The notes under the pieces were generated by a model. It saw nothing but the letters and a program-made list of their open reading frames with translations. It made no database searches and was not told the DNA's origin. Positions 57,460-64,000 of a stretch of 64,000 nt of DNA are shown here, one piece after another; within the stretch, counting starts at the first letter, position 1; each line of letters starts with the position of its first letter. Source of the DNA: an uncultured Candidatus Saccharibacteria bacterium (GTDB lineage Bacteria > Patescibacteriota > Saccharimonadia > Saccharimonadales > Saccharimonadaceae); the NCBI GenBank assembly GCA_947166405.1, contig CAMVEA010000002.1, positions 164 to 64,163 on the forward strand. The letters are read 5' to 3'. The translations under genes were made by a program, and so were the position numbers.

Positions 57460-59324
57460 TTTGCTCCTTTCCCCACCTTATACGTCCCCACAATCTTCGC
57501 CGTCAGTGGTTTAATCTCATCCGAATTATGTTTCGCCTCAGCAATCAAAGCGTCCAAATCATCCAAAAAGCTATCACTAATCTTAATCGGCCTACCAATA
57601 TGTATTAGTTTATTCGGCGTTTCCTTCAGTCCCTCCTCATCCATCAGCATTTCTTCATATAGTTTTTCTCCAGGCCTCAACCCAGTTATCTTAATCTTAA
57701 TATCCTTTCCAGGCTCAAGTCCTTTATATCTAATAATCTTCTTTGCGAGTTCGTAGATTTTCACCGGCTTCCCCATATCTAGCACAAATATCTCTCCGCC
57801 CTGCGCATAAACCGAAGCTTGCAAAATCAAACTCACCGCCTCTGGGATAGTCATAAAATACCTTGTAATGTCCTTATGCGTAACGGTCACTGGCCCACCA
57901 TTTTCTATCTGTTTAATAAACAACGGAATCACCGAGCCATTCGACCCAAGCACATTACCAAACCTCACCGCAACATATTGCGTCTCGGATATTTTGTCAT
58001 AAGTTTGAATTATCATTTCGCAAATCCGCTTTGACGCACCCATAATGTTTGTCGGACGTACAGCCTTATCAGTACTCACTAGCACAAACTTACTAACTTT
58101 ATACTTATCAGCGAGCTTCACAACATTAAGAGTACCCAAGCAATTATTCTTAATGGCTTCGTTCGGAGACACTTCCATCAATGGGACATGTTTATGTGCC
58201 GCAGCATGATATACTTGCTCAGGACGAAATTTCAAAAAAACCTTTTCGAGTCGCGGATAATCCCGCACCGAACCAATAATCGTCTCCAACCTCAAATCAG
58301 GAAAACTTCGATACAATTCCTGTTGGATATCATAAGCATTATTCTCATAAATATCAAAAATGATAAGCAACTTCGGTCTAGCTTTAGCTATCTGACGGCA
58401 AAGCTCCGACCCGATACTCCCACCACCACCAGTCACTAGGATAGTCTTATCTGTCAAATTGCTCGTTATTTCAATATCATTTACCACAATCTCATCTCTG
58501 CCCAAGAAATCCTGATATCTGATCGGACGAATCTGAGCAATCGTACTCGTAGCATCTTGATTCATTCTCAAGTATATAGACGGGAGAATCTTAATCTCAG
58601 CCTTAGTCTTCTGACACTCAGTAACTATCTTCTCTATTGTCTCTTTAGTTGCAGATGGAATAGCGATGATTATTTCTTTTACTTGATATTTATCTGCCGC
58701 ATTACTAATCATATGACGACCACCGACCACCTTTATCCCACGAATCCTCGAGCCAGCCTTAGACTTATTGTCATCTATAATGCAAACCACGCGCGATGAA
58801 CTATAATCCTTATTACGGTTCATTTCATCAATCAACATCCTTGCAGCTTCACCACCACCAATAATCATTATATTGTTGACAGCATTACGCCCAGCGACCA
58901 TTTTGAAAAAAGTACGACCAATCCGATACGAATAACGCACCCCACAAGTCAAAAAGATCAGCAAAGCCGGAAAAACAAACCAAAAGCTACGCGGGCTAGG
59001 CAATAGCATTAAATGCTTATATACGTACATCAGACAATCTGTAGCAATGCATGCTAGCACAATCGAAATCAATTCCGGAATAGAAGCATATCGCCAAATC
59101 GAAGTATACAACCCAGCCATCACAAATATCAAAATCATAATTGCACAATCTATCGGTAAGTAATCTGTCACCGTGCTTAAATAATTGGCCGGAATGTCAT
59201 GAAAATCAAACCTCATCCAAAGAGTTAAATATGAGGACAAGATAAAAGACAGAATATCAAGAAACACCAGAACAACTATTCTGGAAATCTTCCTTCCGGT
59301 TATGCCTCGCATTTTGTTTTTCAT
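57456..59324 (-). CDS. Membrane-bound UDP-GlcNAc 4,6-dehydratase (CapD/PglF/EpsC-like)
   Basis: 4 N-terminal TMs, TGGGGSIGSELCRQ, HAAAHKHVP, STDKAV, VRFGNVLGS, GLRPGEKL. Start MKNKM at 59324. Confidence 0.94.
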   Translation of the reverse strand: MKNKMRGITGRKISRIVVLVFLDILSFILSSYLTLWMRFDFHDIPANYLSTVTDYLPIDCAIMILIFVMAGLYTSIWRYASIPELISIVLACIATDCLMYVYKHLMLLPSPRSFWFVFPALLIFLTCGVRYSYRIGRTFFKMVAGRNAVNNIMIIGGGEAARMLIDEMNRNKDYSSSRVVCIIDDNKSKAGSRIRGIKVVGGRHMISNAADKYQVKEIIIAIPSATKETIEKIVTECQKTKAEIKILPSIYLRMNQDATSTIAQIRPIRYQDFLGRDEIVVNDIEITSNLTDKTILVTGGGGSIGSELCRQIAKARPKLLIIFDIYENNAYDIQQELYRSFPDLRLETIIGSVRDYPRLEKVFLKFRPEQVYHAAAHKHVPLMEVSPNEAIKNNCLGTLNVVKLADKYKVSKFVLVSTDKAVRPTNIMGASKRICEMIIQTYDKISETQYVAVRFGNVLGSNGSVIPLFIKQIENGGPVTVTHKDITRYFMTIPEAVSLILQASVYAQGGEIFVLDMGKPVKIYELAKKIIRYKGLEPGKDIKIKITGLRPGEKLYEEMLMDEEGLKETPNKLIHIGRPIKISDSFLDDLDALIAEAKHNSDEIKPLTAKIVGTYKVGKGAK

Positions 59325-59407
59325 AATTTCTTCAATATATTGTACAACATTTTTACAAAAAAATAAAGCATAAATAAAATGGCCTTGTTGCATAGAATAC
59401 CGAACAA

Positions 59408-59486
59408 AAAATGAATTGGAATACACTCCCAATTCATTTTCCTTACTAGTCATTTCTGCAATACTCTTTTCCTTCGAAAAGAGTAT
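59408..59486 (-). repeat. Double-hairpin dispersed element, copy 3 (diverged); probably also terminates the rpsH transcript
   Basis: AAAATGAATTGGAA-TACAC-TCCCAATTCATTTT (59408-59440), 20-nt linker containing TACTAGT..TTTCT, ATACTCTTTTC-CTTC-GAAAAGAGTAT (59461-59486). Starts 7 nt after the rpsH stop. Confidence 0.75.
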
Positions 59487-59493
59487 AAGCCAA

Positions 59494-59895
59494 TTACCAA
59501 ACTTTCACAAGTATCTCGCCACCCAAGCGATTCTTCTTCGCCTCGCGACCAGTCATCAAACCTTTGGATGTAGAAATGATAACCATGCCACGTCCAGATT
59601 TCACCGTTGGAATCTCGTCCGCCGCTGAATATACACGACGACCGGGCTTCGATACCTTGGTAATTTCATTTACTTTAGCAATAGTGCCAGGCTCATTGAT
59701 TACTACATGAAGCATTCCACGCGGCTTTCCGTCGACTACTTCATACGAAGCAATATAGCCATTTTTCGCCAAGACTTCCACCACTTTACATTTCAGCTTA
59801 GAAGTCGGAACGAGGATTTCATTCTTACCAACTAATACCGCATTACGAATTCGCGTAATTAAGTCAGCAATTTGATCAGTAGATTGTAATGACAT
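59494..59895 (-). CDS. rpsH: 30S ribosomal protein S8
   Basis: DQIADLITRIRNA, VSKPGRRVY, STSKGLMT. Confidence 0.98.
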   Translation of the reverse strand: MSLQSTDQIADLITRIRNAVLVGKNEILVPTSKLKCKVVEVLAKNGYIASYEVVDGKPRGMLHVVINEPGTIAKVNEITKVSKPGRRVYSAADEIPTVKSGRGMVIISTSKGLMTGREAKKNRLGGEILVKVW

Positions 59896-59910
59896 ATTCT
59901 CTCCTTTCTC

Positions 59911-60180
59911 CTACCAGCTACTCTTGATTACACCAGGAATCTCCCCTTTGGAGGCCTTTTCCCGGAAGTTAATACGCGAAAGTCCAAATTGACGCATATA
60001 GCCACGTGGACGCCCATCAAGCATATCGCGATTCTTAAGCCTAGTCGGCGAAGCATTGCGCGGCAACTTCTGAAGCCCCTCCAAATCACCAGCCGCCTTA
60101 AGTTCAGCCCTTTTAGCCTTATATTTTTCGTACATTTTACGTCGTTTTTCATCACGAAGCACTGCAGATTTCTTAGCCAT
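59911..60180 (-). CDS. rpsN: 30S ribosomal protein S14 (zinc-free long form)
   Basis: MAKKS...[20 protein letters not shown]...[10 protein letters not shown]. Start at 60180. Confidence 0.96.
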   Translation of the reverse strand: MAKKSAVLRDEKRRKMYEKYKAKRAELKAAGDLEGLQKLPRNASPTRLKNRDMLDGRPRGYMRQFGLSRINFREKASKGEIPGVIKSSW

Positions 60181-60181
60181 A

Positions 60182-60814
60182 CTACTTTGCCTCCCTAGAA
60201 AACGGCATACCAAAGAGTTCTAACAATTTTAGACTTCCTTCCTTTGAACCATTTTTAATAATAAACGTAATTTCTAGCCCATGCAATACTGATGCATCCT
60301 CAAACGTAATTTCAGGGAACACAGTTTGCTCTCTAAGCCCTAAATTATAATTACCTTGCGCGTCAAACGCCGTACGTGACACCCCGTGAAAATCGCGCAC
60401 ATGAGGCAACGCCACATTAATCAAGCGATCCACAAATTCATACATTTTATCATTACGCAAAGTCGTAAGATAACCAACAGGTGCTCCCATGCCCTTACGA
60501 ATCTTAAAAGTAGCAATTGATTTCTTTGCCAATCTCGAAGTAGGGGCTTGACCCGTAATCTTAGCCAGAGTCAATTCAACTGTCTCGGTAAAACGCTTAT
60601 CTTCGCGTTTCTTACCAACTCCAGCCGAAACTACCACCTTGACAAGCTCAGGTACCTGATTAATATTATCGAGTCCGAGCTCTTGTTTTAGTTTCGCCTT
60701 CAGCTCGTTATTATAGAGAGCTTTCAGGCGTGGCCCAGTCTGAGATTCAGCCTTTACTGCTTTCCTAGCAGTCTTGGAGGCTTTGTCTTCAGCAGCCGTC
60801 TTATTCTCCGCCAT
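60182..60814 (-). CDS. rplE: 50S ribosomal protein L5 with N-terminal extension
   Basis: [29 protein letters not shown]. Confidence 0.97.
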   Translation of the reverse strand: MAENKTAAEDKASKTARKAVKAESQTGPRLKALYNNELKAKLKQELGLDNINQVPELVKVVVSAGVGKKREDKRFTETVELTLAKITGQAPTSRLAKKSIATFKIRKGMGAPVGYLTTLRNDKMYEFVDRLINVALPHVRDFHGVSRTAFDAQGNYNLGLREQTVFPEITFEDASVLHGLEITFIIKNGSKEGSLKLLELFGMPFSREAK

Positions 60815-61113
60815 TATTTAGCTCCTTTCTTTTTCTTATCATCTTTCTTCGATTTGTCATCTTTTTTCACAGAAGGCTTCACAAACTTCGCTTCCTCGAC
60901 CAATTTCAAATTCGACAAATCAATTCCTAGATGAACAGTTTTCTTTCCACCAGTCGGATTAGCATATGATTTACGCATATGCCGTTCAACCACGCCAATA
61001 CCTTCTAGCATTGCCTTACCAGTTTTGCGTTCAATCCCTACGATCTTAGCTTCAGTGCCTTTATGATCGCCAGAAATCACCAATACTTTATCATTAATCT
61101 TCAAGCTTTTCAT
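60814..61113 (-). CDS. rplX: 50S ribosomal protein L24
   Basis: KINDKVLVISGDHKG KOW motif; operon position. Confidence 0.93.
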   Translation of the reverse strand: MKSLKINDKVLVISGDHKGTEAKIVGIERKTGKAMLEGIGVVERHMRKSYANPTGGKKTVHLGIDLSNLKLVEEAKFVKPSVKKDDKSKKDDKKKKGAK

Positions 61114-61481
61114 TACAATACCTCCGGCGCAAGGCTAATTATCTTAGTAAATCCAGCGTCTCTAAGCTCTCTAGGGATAGGACCAAATACACGCGTACCC
61201 TTTGGAGTTTTATCGTCATTAACGAGAACTGCTGCATTTTCATCAAATCGAATCGTCGAACCATCAGGCCTGCGAATCGGCGCCACAGTTCGCACAATCA
61301 CAGCACGTACTACGGCTTTCTTCTTCACGTTACCGTTAGGTGATGCTTCTTTTACTGAACAAGTGACAATATCACCAACTCTAGCATACCGAGCCCTGGT
61401 ACCACCCAGCACTCGAATCACACCGAGTTCCTTTGCGCCACTATTATCGGCAACTTTTAGTCTAGTTTCTTGTTGTATCAT
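61113..61481 (-). CDS. rplN: 50S ribosomal protein L14
   Basis: [31 protein letters not shown]. Confidence 0.98.
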   Translation of the reverse strand: MIQQETRLKVADNSGAKELGVIRVLGGTRARYARVGDIVTCSVKEASPNGNVKKKAVVRAVIVRTVAPIRRPDGSTIRFDENAAVLVNDDKTPKGTRVFGPIPRELRDAGFTKIISLAPEVL

Positions 61482-61909
61482 TACTCGTCCTCCCCTTCCG
61501 ACTTCTCCGTCATATCATTACCTTCATTATTCACATCGACGTCGGCTTCCTCTGCCACAGCCACATCAGCATCAGCATTATCCAATTTCTTAGCCGCAAC
61601 AATTTTATCGGCTCCTATTTTTTCAGGCAGCTCAATATTATTAACGTCTTCCCTAAGCTCAACCGTACCACGTGATTTCTCAATTACCTTTACCAAAGTA
61701 TAAGCCTTGGTTCTGGAAATCGGACGACACATCGCAATCTGTACTAAATCACCCTTATGTGCCTCATTATTCTCATCATGCGCAGTATACTTACGAGTCT
61801 TTGAGTACTGTTTACGATACAGAGGATGTGTTTCTCGACTTACAATGGAGACGGTAATGGTCTTATCGCGCTTGTCAGAAGTCACGGTTCCAATCAAAGT
61901 GTGTGCCAT
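61481..61909 (-). CDS. rpsQ: 30S ribosomal protein S17 with acidic C-terminal extension
   Basis: [34 protein letters not shown]. Confidence 0.96.
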   Translation of the reverse strand: MAHTLIGTVTSDKRDKTITVSIVSRETHPLYRKQYSKTRKYTAHDENNEAHKGDLVQIAMCRPISRTKAYTLVKVIEKSRGTVELREDVNNIELPEKIGADKIVAAKKLDNADADVAVAEEADVDVNNEGNDMTEKSEGEDE

Positions 61910-61910
61910 T

Positions 61911-62330
61911 TTAAAACTCCTCTTTCTTAATTATTTTACATTTTACTGGCAATTTGTGCGAAGCGAGCCTGAGAGCCTCTCTAGCTTGCTCAGGAGTCAC
62001 ATCAGCAATCTCAAACATCACTGTGCCAGCTTTCACCTTAGCTACATAGAACTGCGGTTCGCCTTTACCAGAACCCATCTTTACATCTAGAGGTTTCTTG
62101 GTTACAGGAGTATGCGGGAAAATCCGAATCCAAATTTTACCACCACGCTTAATATAACGTGTAATTGCCTGGCGAGCAGCCTCAATCTGACGCGATGTTA
62201 TTCGCTCATTATCAAGCGACATCAAGCCAAAATCACCAAATGCCACTGTGTTGCATCGTGTAGCTACGCCTTCGTTTTTACCTTTGCGAACCTTACGATG
62301 TGCTTGTTTTCTCGGTAGTAATAGTGCCAT
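61911..62330 (-). CDS. rplP: 50S ribosomal protein L16
   Basis: [26 protein letters not shown]. Confidence 0.98.
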   Translation of the reverse strand: MALLLPRKQAHRKVRKGKNEGVATRCNTVAFGDFGLMSLDNERITSRQIEAARQAITRYIKRGGKIWIRIFPHTPVTKKPLDVKMGSGKGEPQFYVAKVKAGTVMFEIADVTPEQAREALRLASHKLPVKCKIIKKEEF

Positions 62331-62331
62331 A

Positions 62332-62958
62332 TTATTTCTCCCCCTTATAAATCCAGACCTTTACTCCAACGATACCTGCAATTGTAGGCGCATGATGACA
62401 ATAAAAATCAATATCAGCACGAAGCGTATGTAGCGGCACGGAGCCATCGATGAATTTCTCACGGCGACTCATCTCAGCACCATTAAGCCGACCTGCCACC
62501 TCAATACGTACGCCCTTGGCGCCAGCATTCATTGTGGATTGCAAAGCCATTTTTACAGCTCGGCGAAAATTCATACGCTTACCGAGTTGAAAACCAATAT
62601 TTTCCGCCACAAGCTTAGCGTTGAGCTCTGGCTTCTTAACTTCTTCGACGTTGATCCTAACAGGACCCTCGACGATTTTTTCGAGTTGATTCTTAAGTTC
62701 ATTGATGCCTGCGCCTTGCTTGCCGATTACTGCACCAGCCTTAGCGGTCAAGATTGTAACCGTAGTCAAGTTGGCAGAACGCTCAATATTGATTCGCGCA
62801 ATTGTAGGACGTGACTTATATCGCTCCTCAATTGTCTTGCGAATCCGATCGTCTTCCGTCAACCAGCGTCGAAAATTGTTCTTCCTTGTAAACCACTTCG
62901 AAGACCAATCTTTGCTAATCTGGAGACGGTAAGAGATGGGATTAACCTTCTGACCCAT
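62332..62958 (-). CDS. rpsC: 30S ribosomal protein S3
   Basis: MGQKVNP, GRLNGAEMSR, VPLHTLRADID. Confidence 0.98.
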   Translation of the reverse strand: MGQKVNPISYRLQISKDWSSKWFTRKNNFRRWLTEDDRIRKTIEERYKSRPTIARINIERSANLTTVTILTAKAGAVIGKQGAGINELKNQLEKIVEGPVRINVEEVKKPELNAKLVAENIGFQLGKRMNFRRAVKMALQSTMNAGAKGVRIEVAGRLNGAEMSRREKFIDGSVPLHTLRADIDFYCHHAPTIAGIVGVKVWIYKGEK

Positions 62959-62959
62959 A

Positions 62960-63412
62960 TTACTTTTTCTCCTTTTTCGCTTTTACCTCTGTTTTATCGG
63001 AGTTTTCATCGGCGCCCTCTTGAGCAGCCTTTTTATCCGCAGAAGCAGTTTTCTTAACTTTTTCTTCGCCTGCGACCTCAACAAAAATGTTAGACGAAAT
63101 CTTCTCATAAGGAAGCGCTCTACCTCGAGAGGCAGGCACGTATCGACGCATCCTAGTACCACTCGTCACGAAAATCCGTGCAATCCGTACAGTCTTAGGA
63201 TCAATCGACACCTTTGAATTATTCAATAAATTAGCGTTTGCAGATTCTACTGCCTTGAGTACCGCTCGAGCAGCTCGACGTGGTGTATGCTCCAGAATCA
63301 CCACTACATCCGCTACGTAACGATCTCGCACCAATGCCGCCACTATATTAGTCTTGCGCGGCTGCGAGTCAATCCCTTTCTCATATGCATGTGCAAAATA
63401 TGTTTCTGCCAT
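62960..63412 (-). CDS. rplV: 50S ribosomal protein L22
   Basis: PRKTNIVAALVR, KAVESANAN, PASRGRA; operon position. Confidence 0.93.
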   Translation of the reverse strand: MAETYFAHAYEKGIDSQPRKTNIVAALVRDRYVADVVVILEHTPRRAARAVLKAVESANANLLNNSKVSIDPKTVRIARIFVTSGTRMRRYVPASRGRALPYEKISSNIFVEVAGEEKVKKTASADKKAAQEGADENSDKTEVKAKKEKK

Positions 63413-63414
63413 AA

Positions 63415-63705
63415 TTACTTTCCTTTCGCTGCCGCTGCCTCAGCTGCTTTCTTACCGCCGTGGCGCTTAAATTTACGAGTTGGCGCAAATTCACCAAGCT
63501 TATGACCCACCATATTCTCCGAAATAAACACAGGCACATGAACCTTACCATTGTGAACGGCAATTGTTCTACCTACCATTTCAGGCGAAATCGTAGATTG
63601 GCGCGCCCAAGTCTTAATTACGGTGCGATCTTCGCTGGAAAGTGCGGCAATCTTCTTTGCGAGCTTATAGTCCACAAATGGACCTTTCTTTAGACTCCTA
63701 GACAT
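63415..63705 (-). CDS. rpsS: 30S ribosomal protein S19
   Basis: [30 protein letters not shown]. Confidence 0.98.
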   Translation of the reverse strand: MSRSLKKGPFVDYKLAKKIAALSSEDRTVIKTWARQSTISPEMVGRTIAVHNGKVHVPVFISENMVGHKLGEFAPTRKFKRHGGKKAAEAAAAKGK

Positions 63706-64000
63706 TATTTCCTCTTTCCTTCGTGGCGACTGCGCACGATCATTTTATTAGTTTTCTTATTGTGACGAGTACGATAACCAAGTGTCAACTGACCCCAAGG
63801 CGTACGAGGTGCTTTGCCAGAACCATGACGACCACCATCACCACCACCATGCGGGTGATCAGTCGCATTCATTACGACACCACGTACTGTTGGACGAATA
63901 CCCTTGCGGCGACGACGTCCAGCCGAACCAATCTTCACATTCTGATGTTGGACATTAGATACAGTACCAATTGAAGCCTCGCAGCCCACAAGCACTTTGC
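63705..64000 (-). CDS. rplB: 50S ribosomal protein L2, C-terminal part (5' end outside the window)
   Basis: [23 protein letters not shown]. Confidence 0.97.
   Translation of the reverse strand, partial: KVLVGCEASIGTVSNVQHQNVKIGSAGRRRRKGIRPTVRGVVMNATDHPHGGGDGGRHGSGKAPRTPWGQLTLGYRTRHNKKTNKMIVRSRHEGKRK

Noticed and set aside
59325-59453. N-terminal extension of the CapD-like ORF, and similar upstream starts called for metG, pheS, the FKBP gene, rpsN and the epimerase
   Set aside because: These extensions run through promoter, hairpin or terminator sequence; downstream ATGs have better signals and family-consistent N-termini.
111-63974. Numerous plus-strand ORFs in the track antisense to real genes (e.g. 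4514-5257, 15056-15769, 26377-26955, 44149-44946)
   Set aside because: Shadow frames produced by strong strand codon bias; no motifs or start signals, and they fully overlap well-supported genes.
1-64000. UGA recoding (genetic code 25, as in Gracilibacteria/Absconditabacteria)
   Set aside because: Genes are full length under code 11, and TGA serves as a normal stop (e.g. 18171, 35109).

Overview
Chromosomal segment of a small-genome Candidatus Saccharibacteria (TM7/CPR) bacterium, probably a host-associated gut or rumen lineage. This is inferred from the Saccharibacteria-type L32, the absence of L30 from its usual slot, the compact housekeeping genes and a FISUMP-domain surface protein. Most genes lie on the minus strand, and the plus strand is strongly C-rich. 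Housekeeping content: KhpA/S16, a FemAB x2-PLP enzyme-hydrolase-MurF-like cell-wall cluster, rnc, nusB, leuS, ctpA, ftsEX plus a CHAP hydrolase, pheST, metG, ldh, sbcB, and the S10/spc ribosomal protein genes. Three things stand out. (1) An ~19 kb Firmicutes-style Wzy-dependent capsule/EPS locus splits the spc operon between rpsH and rplF. (2) A FISUMP/C-type-lectin-like gene sits between the CHAP hydrolase gene and ctpA, and its 3' end looks like a diversity-generating-retroelement (DGR) variable region, with no RT or template repeat in the window. (3) A previously unannotated double-hairpin element with compensatory stem substitutions occurs three times (6580, 18083, 59408), each time downstream of a gene where a conserved gene order is broken. 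Many non-ribosomal genes appear leaderless (TATAAT-N6-7-ATG). No rRNA, tRNA, CRISPR array, transposase, integrase or reverse transcriptase was found.
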